NCBI GenBank assembly: GCA_045540335.1
Contig: JAZQHC010000037.1
Location: 1,104-65,103 of the forward strand
DNA length: 64,000 bases
Direction of reading: 5' to 3'
From: Eubacteriales bacterium
Lineage (GTDB): Bacteria > Bacillota > Clostridia > Oscillospirales > CAG-272
Shown here: piece after piece, positions 1-7,490 of the stretch
How the letters are laid out: each line of letters opens with the position of its first letter
Numbering within the stretch: position 1 is the stretch's first letter
Translations under genes and position numbers: made by a program
The notes under the pieces: generated by a model
What the model was told of the DNA's origin: nothing
The model's database searches: none
Seen by the model: only the letters and a program-made list of their open reading frames with translations

Positions 1-338
1 ACAAACTTGCAGATATGTCAACCGAATTTGCGGTTAAAGTATTGAATTTGACAGACGGCATTAAAGGCCATTATTCTTTAGCCAATCAACTTGAAAGAAG
101 CGGTACAAGCATCGGTGCAAACATCCGAGAGGCAAAGTATGCCCACAGCAAAGCGGATTTCGTTGCAAAATTACAGATTTCTCTCAAAGAGTGTTATGAA
201 ACAGAGTATTGGATCGAGATTGCGCAAAAGGCAAATATCATTTCAGAAGAAATTGCAAAAAATGTTCTGCACGATTGCGGTTCCATCCGCAGAATGTTGA
301 TCGCCTCCATCAACACGGCAAAATCAACAAATCCGTGA
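1..338 (+). CDS. four-helix-bundle protein (23S rRNA intervening-sequence protein family), possibly 5'-truncated by the window edge
   Basis: ORF 15..338. Family-typical motifs LERSGTSIGANIREA and ECYETEYW. The frame stays open back to base 3, so the true start may lie left of the window. Confidence 0.6.
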   Translation, partial: KLADMSTEFAVKVLNLTDGIKGHYSLANQLERSGTSIGANIREAKYAHSKADFVAKLQISLKECYETEYWIEIAQKANIISEEIAKNVLHDCGSIRRMLIASINTAKSTNP

Positions 339-417
339 GTCCTTTTCTCGGTTTTCGATTTCACAAAATAACGGAAATGCGTTATAATGTATGCAAAACG
401 AGAGAAAGGAATTTACT

Positions 418-789
418 ATGAAAGATTTTTGTGAAATATTTAAAGCATTGCGTAAAGAAAAAGGATTAACGCAAGATCAAATAGCAGAAGTTTTGGGTAC
501 ATCACCCCAAACGATCAGTCGTTGGGAAACGGGAACCTCATGCCCTGATATTACGATGTTACCGGCAATTGCTTCCTATTTTGACATCACCACGGATGAA
601 CTCTTAGGAATCAAAAAGCCTGTTAAAAAGCAAAAAATATTGTATATTCAATTTCGCTGGCAAGAAAGTGCTGACGTGGTAAATAAATATTTGGACGAAG
701 GATGGACGATAAAGGAAGTGCAATCTCACCCTTTATATGATCAGCATCCCGAGGGTGTTGTTATTATCGAAAAAGTAATTTACGAATAA
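418..789 (+). CDS. XRE-family helix-turn-helix transcriptional regulator
   Basis: HTH core GLTQDQIAEVLGTSPQTISRWETG. The internal ATG at 418 is preceded by GAGAAAGGAA. TATAAT at 383-388. Confidence 0.75.
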   Translation: MKDFCEIFKALRKEKGLTQDQIAEVLGTSPQTISRWETGTSCPDITMLPAIASYFDITTDELLGIKKPVKKQKILYIQFRWQESADVVNKYLDEGWTIKEVQSHPLYDQHPEGVVIIEKVIYE

Positions 790-964
790 TTAAATTCACA
801 TACTATGGTACATAGCTTCGTTTGCAAGCATGGAGTAGCACCCCGGAAGACAGCGGTAAAGTGCAGCTCCCATCATCGCCAAGGGATAAGTCTATTCGCT
901 GACTTGAAAACATGGATCGATTTCGAAAAACTTGCCCTGCGGATCGATTTTGTAAGGGTGTGCC

Positions 965-996
965 AAAAAATCCAAGTCGCAAGACTTGGATTTTTT
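965..996. terminator. intrinsic terminator hairpin, usable in both directions
   Basis: AAAAAATCCAAGTC-gcaa-GACTTGGATTTTTT: perfect 14-bp stem including an A-run and a T-run. Confidence 0.75.
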
Positions 997-1016
997 CATT
1001 TGTATCCGTAGGACAC

Positions 1017-1102
1017 AAATGAACGATGTTGCACTTCGTGCAAATGATGTGCTTCGCAATGATGTGGGCTTACGCCCAATGATGTTTCGCTTCGCGCAAA
1101 CG
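1017..1102 (+). repeat. hairpin array D: short GC hairpins separated by three exact AATGATGT linkers
   Basis: AATGATGT at 1043-1050, 1058-1065 and 1078-1085. Hairpins gcac-ttc-gtgc, gc-ttc-gc, gggc-ttac-gccc and cgc-ttc-gcg. Confidence 0.7.
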
Positions 1103-1137
1103 TAATTATGCCGCTCGTTTGATGCACCAAAATGTAG

Positions 1138-1166
1138 TTGATTTTTAACTTGAAGTATGGTATAAT
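1138..1166 (+). promoter_or_regulatory. sigma-A-type promoter (TTGATT-17 nt-TATAAT with TGn extension)
   Basis: TTGATT 1138-1143 and TATAAT 1161-1166, preceded by TGG. Sits 27 nt upstream of the ATG at 1193. Confidence 0.6.
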
Positions 1167-1192
1167 GAAAAAGGAAAGGCGGTGAACTCTCT

Positions 1193-1666
1193 ATGGAATT
1201 TTTTCATTGTAATCACGATGAAAAACATCTGTCATTACACGATTGTATTGCTGAACGGGCATATTTTGAAAACGGAAAGTTGGGATTTGAATTTAACGAC
1301 GGATTTTGGATTTCGCCAGATCACCCCGAAAGTAACCTATCCAATCTTGTAAGAACAGATTTTTCAAAGGTAGAGTACACATTGGAAGACGGTGCAGACT
1401 ACGACGTTACAATATACGTTTTTAAGAACAATTTTTTCAAAAAAATAATTCGTATTGAATGGACAATTCAAGAATTGCTGAATAACATCAACAGCGGAAA
1501 ATGCAAGCTCGAATTTCTATATCAATACGTTGATTATAATTCAAGAATTGTTGAGTGTGAGTTGAAAATCAATAAAAAACCATATCACCAAGAGTGTATA
1601 ATGAAGATATCTGCGCCCCAAGTCAGTTATTATTGGAATAATTTGCGCGAGGATTGTCCATGGTAA
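1193..1666 (+). CDS. hypothetical protein (no family recognised)
   Basis: 157-aa ORF with RBS AAAGGAAAGG and its own promoter. Soluble, Asp/Glu/Asn-rich. Confidence 0.5.
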   Translation: MEFFHCNHDEKHLSLHDCIAERAYFENGKLGFEFNDGFWISPDHPESNLSNLVRTDFSKVEYTLEDGADYDVTIYVFKNNFFKKIIRIEWTIQELLNNINSGKCKLEFLYQYVDYNSRIVECELKINKKPYHQECIMKISAPQVSYYWNNLREDCPW

Positions 1667-1716
1667 TTTTTACATGAAACAACACTCAGATAGATAGCTG
1701 TCAAGTCCCCCATCGT

Positions 1717-1839
1717 CGCGCTTCGCTTCACGGCGCGTACGCGCCGCTTCATGATAGCAGAGAATTGCAAAGCAATTCGCCGCGAGTGCTTCATATCGCC
1801 AAAGGCGGTGCATCATTAAAGCAAATAATGCTTCCGCCT
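1717..1839 (-). repeat. hairpin array A (paralogue of array B), linker ATGAAGC when read on the minus strand
   Basis: Plus-strand GCTTCAC 1725-1731, GCTTCAT 1746-1752 and 1788-1794, GCATCAT 1810-1816. Hairpins ggcgcg-ta-cgcgcc, gaattgc-aaa-gcaattc, atcgcc-aaa-ggcggt and aagca-aataa-tgctt. Confidence 0.75.
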
Positions 1840-1867
1840 TGATTTATTTGCAAAAATGTGATATAAT
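1839..1867 (+). promoter_or_regulatory. sigma-A-type promoter (TTGATT-17 nt-TATAAT with TGn extension)
   Basis: TTGATT 1839-1844 and TGATATAAT ending at 1867. Same -35 hexamer as the promoter at 1138. Confidence 0.55.
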
Positions 1868-1898
1868 CTAACCGATAAGAATTTGTAGGAGGTTTATT

Positions 1899-2111
1899 AT
1901 GGAATCGAATGTATTGATACCTTTAATATTTGCAGGACTATTCCTAACGATAGATATTGCAATGTTCATTAAAATGATATATTTATTAAAGAAAAGCAAG
2001 GATGACACGGTAGAAAATTTAGGAAATAAATTGAATCCTTATCTATACGCAACAGAAATTGTCAGTGTATTAATGGCAATCTGTATGATTATTGTTACAG
2101 TCATGAAATAA
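1899..2111 (+). CDS. small two-TM membrane protein, hypothetical
   Basis: 70-aa ORF with strong RBS GTAGGAGG. Two hydrophobic segments. Confidence 0.5.
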   Translation: MESNVLIPLIFAGLFLTIDIAMFIKMIYLLKKSKDDTVENLGNKLNPYLYATEIVSVLMAICMIIVTVMK

Positions 2112-2134
2112 ACAACAAATTGGAGGATATTTAT

Positions 2135-2356
2135 ATGAAATGCCCCTACTGTGGCAGAGATATGAACATAGGATATTTATTTAACGAAAGAAAGCCCAAT
2201 CAATGGATACCGGCTAATAAAAAGCCGCCTATATGGGTAAAGTCAGTAGCTGACGGTGGAGTTAAATTGAATAACAAGTTGGGTATAACAGGATATAAAG
2301 CTGCCGCATATTACTGTAATAACTGTAAAATTATAATCGCATCAACGACAGAATAA
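2135..2356 (+). CDS. small zinc-ribbon-like protein (two CxxC pairs), hypothetical
   Basis: The ATG at 2135 lies 8 nt after GGAGG. CPYCG and CNNCK motifs. The ORF-track start at 2120 is TTG inside the RBS. Confidence 0.5.
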   Translation: MKCPYCGRDMNIGYLFNERKPNQWIPANKKPPIWVKSVADGGVKLNNKLGITGYKAAAYYCNNCKIIIASTTE

Positions 2357-2434
2357 ATCACAATTTGTTGAATTGACGGTATCTGTTGGTTAAATGGTTT
2401 TTAGGTTATCCAACGTATTGCCGCCAATTAAATA

Positions 2435-2466
2435 CAAAAAAGACGACTCTGCAAACGAGCCGTCTT
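2435..2466 (-). terminator. intrinsic terminator downstream of pyk
   Basis: AAGACGACTC/GAGCCGTCTT stem (one mismatch), followed on the minus strand by TTTTTT. Confidence 0.65.
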
Positions 2467-2490
2467 TCTTACATTTAAAGCATTAAAGTT

Positions 2491-3906
2491 TTATTTGACA
2501 CATTCTACCTTGATGGTGTTCGTATTGCCGGACGTGCCGTTTATCATACCGCCGGTTAACACCACGTTATCTCCCGACTTGAGAGAAAAGATGCGTTGTG
2601 CGTGGTTAAGCCCCTGGAAAAATACGATATCGAGAGAGTTGTATTCCTCACTCATAACAGGCGTTACACCCCAGCTTAAATTAAGCTGACGCCACGCACG
2701 CTTGCTTGTCGTGATGCCGATTATATCGGCAGGACAGCGGAATCGGCTGACCATACGCACGGTATTGCCTGAAATTGAGTTTACAACAATGCATTTTGCC
2801 CCGACGTCTATCGCCATTGCGCACGTTGCGTGGGATATGGCATCGAGTGTATTTCGTATTTTGAATTCCGTTGACACGAACCAATTTTTGTAATCTATTC
2901 TTTCCTCTGTGAATTTTGCTATCTGCGCCATGTTCATAACAGCCTCAACGGGGTATTTGCCCATCGCCGTTTCACCGGAAAGCATAACGGCTGAAGCCCC
3001 GTCGTAAACGGCATTTGCAACGTCTGATATTTCCGCCCTGGTAGGTCTTGGATTCTGTATCATAGATTCAAGCATTTCCGTTGCAGTGATGACACGCTTG
3101 CCAAGCAGACGGCACTTCTGTATAAGATATTTCTGCACTGACGGCACTTCAACAAATGGAATTTCAACGCCGAGATCGCCGCGTGCTACCATAATTCCGT
3201 CTGCGATGCTGCATATTTCATCTATATTGTCAACACCGGAACGGTTTTCTATCTTTGCGATTATATTTATCGCACTGCCGCCGTTTTTGTTTAAAAACTC
3301 ACGAAGTTCGGCGATGTCTTCCTTTGTTGACACAAAGGAAGCGGCAATAAAATCTATCTCGTTTTCTATACCGAACAAAAGGTCTGACATATCCTGATCG
3401 CTTAAAAATTTATGCTTCAGTACCTTATTGGGGAAATGCATACTTTTTCTGTCGGAAAGAACACCGCCGATCTTGACACGGCAGACAACATCGTGCCCTT
3501 TTATTTCTTCGACGGTAAAGGCAACAAGTCCGTTGTTGACGGTCACTGTGTCGCCTATTGAAAGGTCATCGGTCAGATTTTTGTAGTTTACCGAAACTCG
3601 TGTCTTATCACCGTCAATATCGTCTGTTGTGAAAATGAACGCGTCACCCTCGTTAAGCGTGATATTTTTTTCTTTAAAAACACCTATTCTGTATTCGGGA
3701 CCCTTTGTGTCAAGCATTATTGCTATCGGCAAGCCGAGTTCATCTCTGACGCTTTTTATAAGGTCTATCAATTTTTTATGTTCAGCATGTGTGCCGTGCG
3801 AAAAATTAAGTCTTGCGACGTTCATTCCCTCAAGACACATTTTTGTAAGCGTTTCTCTGTTATCGCACGCAGGACCTATCGTGCATATTATTTTTGTTTT
3901 TCTCAT
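2491..3906 (-). CDS. pyk: pyruvate kinase
   Basis: MRKTKIICTIGP start. Motifs MNVARLNFSHG, MVARGDLGVE and MLSGETA. The ATG at 3906 follows GGAGG, and the upstream ATG at 3918 overlaps that RBS. Confidence 0.93.
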   Translation of the reverse strand: MRKTKIICTIGPACDNRETLTKMCLEGMNVARLNFSHGTHAEHKKLIDLIKSVRDELGLPIAIMLDTKGPEYRIGVFKEKNITLNEGDAFIFTTDDIDGDKTRVSVNYKNLTDDLSIGDTVTVNNGLVAFTVEEIKGHDVVCRVKIGGVLSDRKSMHFPNKVLKHKFLSDQDMSDLLFGIENEIDFIAASFVSTKEDIAELREFLNKNGGSAINIIAKIENRSGVDNIDEICSIADGIMVARGDLGVEIPFVEVPSVQKYLIQKCRLLGKRVITATEMLESMIQNPRPTRAEISDVANAVYDGASAVMLSGETAMGKYPVEAVMNMAQIAKFTEERIDYKNWFVSTEFKIRNTLDAISHATCAMAIDVGAKCIVVNSISGNTVRMVSRFRCPADIIGITTSKRAWRQLNLSWGVTPVMSEEYNSLDIVFFQGLNHAQRIFSLKSGDNVVLTGGMINGTSGNTNTIKVECVK

Positions 3907-4007
3907 AATAACCTCCAAAAGCGTTACCTTGACATTATATCATCTTTTATCAAAAAAGTCTATACCGCACAAAATTTTTATATGTAGAAAATACGGCAAA
4001 AATTCAA

Positions 4008-4140
4008 CGAAGCGCACCTACGGTACAGGGGAAAGTTTGTGTGCGCTTCGCTTCATGGCGCTATGCGCCGCTTCATGCGAGCAAAGAATTGCAAAGCAAT
4101 TCACTGCGAGTGCTTCATATCGCCGCAGGCGATGCTTCAT
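4008..4140 (-). repeat. hairpin array B (paralogue of array A), linker ATGAAGC on the minus strand
   Basis: Plus-strand GCTTCAT at 4049-4055, 4069-4075, 4111-4117 and 4133-4139. Hairpins gaagcgcac..gtgcgcttc, ggcgc-tat-gcgcc, gaattgc-aaa-gcaattc and atcgcc-gca-ggcgat. Confidence 0.75.
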
Positions 4141-4184
4141 TTTAAAAAAAATGTGCTTATTTCAAAATTCAGATTTGGATATGG

Positions 4185-4895
4185 TTATAATTTTACGTAA
4201 TAGTTTTTGACAAATTCGCGGTACGCTTTTTTAAAGCCCGTTGAATATCGCCTGCTTAAAAGGGCTTTGTCCCCATTTGACATGATAACGCAGTCGTTTT
4301 CTATTTTAAAAACGAAATACATATTTATAACATATGATTTATGCGTTCTGTAAAAGCAAAATTGCGGAAGCAAGCGTAATGCACCGCCCATCGTTTTTGA
4401 ACAAAACATTGCTTTTGTGCACGTATGTATTTTGCAATACTTGCCATCGCCCGCGATCATAACGATGTCATTGGCGGGGATAGATACTTGCCCATCGAAA
4501 TCGTTTATAATTATAGGGTGCAGTCTTTTTTGCTGTTGAATATATGAATCAAGCATTGCGTATATTGCATCAGCGCAGATGGGCTTATCAAAAAATCTGT
4601 ATGCGTTTACTTCAAATGCGTTTTTTATAAATGCATCTGGATAGCTTGTTATAAATACGATGCTGCAAAGACTGTTTTTTAAACGCAGCTGCTTTGCTGT
4701 TTCCAGCCCGTTGATATCAGGCATTTGAAAATCTAAAAAAACTATATCAAAATTAAGCTTGGAATCAAGAAATGATTTTCCGTTTTCAAATTCGTATATA
4801 TCCAGTTGAATTCTTCTTTCGGATTTATAGGAGGTAATGTATTCGCGCAGCTCTGTTCTGAAAATTTTTTCATCGTCGCAAATTGCAATTTGCAT
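4185..4895 (-). CDS. LytR/AlgR-family response regulator (receiver + LytTR DNA-binding domain)
   Basis: N-terminal MQIAICDDE...VFLDFQMPDINGLE receiver. C-terminal LytTR-like segment (FYRTHKSYVIN). Confidence 0.8.
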   Translation of the reverse strand: MQIAICDDEKIFRTELREYITSYKSERRIQLDIYEFENGKSFLDSKLNFDIVFLDFQMPDINGLETAKQLRLKNSLCSIVFITSYPDAFIKNAFEVNAYRFFDKPICADAIYAMLDSYIQQQKRLHPIIINDFDGQVSIPANDIVMIAGDGKYCKIHTCTKAMFCSKTMGGALRLLPQFCFYRTHKSYVINMYFVFKIENDCVIMSNGDKALLSRRYSTGFKKAYREFVKNYYVKL

Positions 4896-5056
4896 AACGT
4901 ACCCCCTTATAATTTAGTGTTATAATATGTTTACATTATACCTTAACAGACAGTTTTTGTCAATAATTGAATGTATAGAATGAAAAATTATACTTGAAAG
5001 TATAATCAATATATGCTATAATGCGTGTAGTAAGTTTTGACTGTGTAGGATCTAAT

Positions 5057-5614
5057 ATGAATAAAACGACCAAACAAATATTGTTGATAACGGCTTTATA
5101 CGCCGTTGCCACGTTTATATGTTATAATGTTATAAACTATACCCTCAGCGGTTGGGATCTGCTTGGCGGTATTATAGTGATGCTTTTAACGCTGCCGATA
5201 TATTTTCTTCTCGTAACTATACCCATATACGTAAAAATATCAAAAGAAATAAAACAAGCCCCTGCGCTTTTGAACAATAAATTAGAAAAGGTTTTAAACA
5301 CGCTGTCTATATGGTGCGCTTGTATATCCGCCGTTTGCTTGATACCGTGTTTTATTGCGATAAACTTCCATATAAAAAACGATGTTTTACGCATGCTTTT
5401 TTCTGATGCAGCGATCTATACAACGTTTTTTTCATCTATTATCAACATTTCCGTTTTGATAAGCAGAAAATTATCTTATTTGGTGGTTTTTTTTGCACAA
5501 AAATCAAATAAAAACGTAACTATAAACAGTAAAGGTGTATTTGCTTTCAGAATTTTCGCAACCGTGATCGTGCCGCTGTTACTGCTAATTTACGTTATCG
5601 GTGAAGTGATATAA
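5057..5614 (+). CDS. polytopic membrane protein, hypothetical
   Basis: Five to six hydrophobic segments. The ATG at 5021 overlaps a TATAAT-like box, so the ATG at 5057 is preferred. Confidence 0.5.
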   Translation: MNKTTKQILLITALYAVATFICYNVINYTLSGWDLLGGIIVMLLTLPIYFLLVTIPIYVKISKEIKQAPALLNNKLEKVLNTLSIWCACISAVCLIPCFIAINFHIKNDVLRMLFSDAAIYTTFFSSIINISVLISRKLSYLVVFFAQKSNKNVTINSKGVFAFRIFATVIVPLLLLIYVIGEVI

Positions 5615-5635
5615 ACGTTTGCTTTTAAAACAGAA

Positions 5636-5683
5636 TAAAAAAACAAATTGCCCAAGCGCATAACGTGCTTGGGCAAAATTTTT
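5636..5683. terminator. bidirectional intrinsic terminator
   Basis: TTGCCCAAGCGC-ataac-GTGCTTGGGCAA stem, flanked by an A-run and a T-run. Confidence 0.7.
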
Positions 5684-5692
5684 TAGTTGTTT

Positions 5693-6169
5693 TTACACAG
5701 ATTCTATAAGGCAGACTGCGTGTGCGGCAATGCCTTCGCCTTTTCCCGTAAATCCAAGGTGCTCTTCCGTCGTTGCTTTAACGTTAATACAGGAAGGAGC
5801 AACGCCGAGAACAGATGCGATGTTTCTTTTCATCATTGGGATATGCGGCGCAAGCTTAGGCGCTTGGGCGATAACCGTAGCATCAATGTTTACAAGCTTG
5901 AAGGAATGCTTTTTCATCAGCAGGCAAACGTTTTCTAACAGCAGCATGCTGTATATGCCCTTGTATTTGTCGTCTGTATCGGGGAAGTGCTTTCCTATAT
6001 CACCTTGACCCAACGCCCCGATTATGGCGTCGCAAACTGCATGTATAAGCACGTCTGCATCGGAATGCCCATCAAGCCCGAATCCACATTCGATAAATAC
6101 GCCGCCGAGAACTAACTTCCTGTCTTTTGCGGTGGCGTGTACGTCATATCCGTGGCCGATTCTGATCAT
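5693..6169 (-). CDS. ispF: 2-C-methyl-D-erythritol 2,4-cyclodiphosphate synthase
   Basis: MIRIGHGYDVH, GHSDADV and TTEEHLGFTG motifs. Confidence 0.93.
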   Translation of the reverse strand: MIRIGHGYDVHATAKDRKLVLGGVFIECGFGLDGHSDADVLIHAVCDAIIGALGQGDIGKHFPDTDDKYKGIYSMLLLENVCLLMKKHSFKLVNIDATVIAQAPKLAPHIPMMKRNIASVLGVAPSCINVKATTEEHLGFTGKGEGIAAHAVCLIESV

Positions 6170-6182
6170 GATATGCCCTGCC

Positions 6183-6944
6183 TTACTTCGTTTCTTTTCT
6201 GTGTTTTAAAATACCTTCTGCAATGCGGATATCCTCGGGCGTGGTTATTTTTATATTTTCATGCCCTGTATCGCACAGAAATACTTTAAATCCGATACGC
6301 GTTACAAGCGAATTATCGTCTGTCGCATCGAACCCTTCTTCTTTCGCGGAAAATGCCGCCGCGCGGTATATATCCGTTCTGAATATTTGCGGTGTTTGTG
6401 CATGGCGAACAACGTTTCTGTCTATGGATTCATCTGCTATAAATCCACCCTTGTCGCAGATTTTTATCGTGTCCTTGGCACAGCAGCAGGCGGTTGCCCC
6501 GCCGAAGCGATATGCCGCCTTGCACACCTCGCTTATCATTTCGGGGGTTACAAGGCAACGCGCCCCGTCGTGTATGCTTACAAATTCGCTTTGCTTGTCA
6601 ACCACGGAAAGACCGTTTAAAACGGATTGTTGGCGCGTTTGTCCGCCCGAAATAACGTGTGTTATTTTTTTGAATTTATATTTTTTGATGATCTCGCCGA
6701 TTTCGGCAAATTCATCCTTTCGGCAAACGAGAATTATTTCGTTTATGTGCGGGCACTTTTCAAATTGGCGCACTGTGCGCGCAATTATGGGCATCTGGCA
6801 TATCTCCATCAACTGCTTCGTTTTATCAGAGTTCATGCGTTTGCCCGTGCCTGCGGCAACGATTATTGCGCTGTTAAAATAACTGTCTTTTTCTTTGCCG
6901 AAAAGCTTTGTTAATATGCCCGTTTTTTTGCCTGACTTACTCAT
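6183..6944 (-). CDS. ispD: 2-C-methyl-D-erythritol 4-phosphate cytidylyltransferase
   Basis: AIIVAAGTGKRM, IHDGARC and QTPQ motifs. The start overlaps the stop of the upstream gene (ATGA). Confidence 0.9.
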   Translation of the reverse strand: MSKSGKKTGILTKLFGKEKDSYFNSAIIVAAGTGKRMNSDKTKQLMEICQMPIIARTVRQFEKCPHINEIILVCRKDEFAEIGEIIKKYKFKKITHVISGGQTRQQSVLNGLSVVDKQSEFVSIHDGARCLVTPEMISEVCKAAYRFGGATACCCAKDTIKICDKGGFIADESIDRNVVRHAQTPQIFRTDIYRAAAFSAKEEGFDATDDNSLVTRIGFKVFLCDTGHENIKITTPEDIRIAEGILKHRKETK

Positions 6945-7477
6945 TCAGCGTAGTTGTAGCCTGCAAGAAGGGCTTTTTGGTTAAGCTCTCTTAACTCTGC
7001 TTTAGAATCGGGAACGGAAGCGGCAAGCTTTTCGGAAAAATATTCAAAATCGAATATTTTCGTTTTAGCTATAACGTAGCCAAGCATGATAACGTTTGCA
7101 AGCTTGGGTGCGTTCATTTCGTTTGCCATTTCGGTTGCGGGGATTCTGTATGCGGATATATCCGTTCTTTCTGATTTTTTTGATATAAGCGTGCTGTCAG
7201 AGAAAACCGCACCGCCTGCAACTACCTTGGGTTCAAACTTATCAAACGAAGGTGCGTTGAAGGCAATAAGAATATCGGGCGTATTTACCAGCGGCGAGCC
7301 TATCTCCTCGTCGGATACGATAACGCTGCAGTTGCACGTACCGCCCCTTTGTTCCGGCCCGTAGGAGGGAAGCCAGGTTACGCATTTTCCCAACTGCATA
7401 CCTGTTTTAGCGCATTGTTTGCCTGAGAACAAAATTCCTTGGCCGCCGAATCCGGCGAATAAAATTCTGTTTGTCAT
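6941..7477 (-). CDS. 2-oxoacid:ferredoxin oxidoreductase, gamma subunit
   Basis: MTNRILFAGFGGQGILF start after GGAGG. Operon context with the alpha, beta and delta subunits. Confidence 0.85.
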   Translation of the reverse strand: MTNRILFAGFGGQGILFSGKQCAKTGMQLGKCVTWLPSYGPEQRGGTCNCSVIVSDEEIGSPLVNTPDILIAFNAPSFDKFEPKVVAGGAVFSDSTLISKKSERTDISAYRIPATEMANEMNAPKLANVIMLGYVIAKTKIFDFEYFSEKLAASVPDSKAELRELNQKALLAGYNYAE

Positions 7478-7490
7478 AATAATCCTCCTA

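Noticed and set aside
805-1011. 68-aa ORF (and the antisense 71-aa ORF 803..1018) in the segment before the terminator.
   Set aside because: No Shine-Dalgarno sequence is present. The composition is Cys/Arg/His-rich and unlike a real protein. The ORF runs through the terminator hairpin.
1017-1102. AATGATGT resembles a box C (RUGAUGA) motif, so array D might be a box C/D-like or TIGR-type guide array.
   Set aside because: There is no matching box D (CUGA) in the expected register and no Nop-domain or fibrillarin-like gene in the window. The segments between repeats are palindromic rather than guide-like.
1017-4140. The hairpin arrays might be degenerate CRISPR arrays.
   Set aside because: The constant units are only 7-8 nt and the variable units are self-complementary 13-17 nt hairpins. 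This is the opposite of the CRISPR repeat/spacer organisation. No cas genes or leader are present.
1193-4140. The cassettes with 3' palindromic elements might be integron gene cassettes with attC sites (ATTCAAC at 4001-4007 fits RYYYAAC).
   Set aside because: No matching GTTRRRY partner lies at the other end, there is no intI integrase, the genes carry their own promoters, and one of the so-called cassettes would contain pyk.
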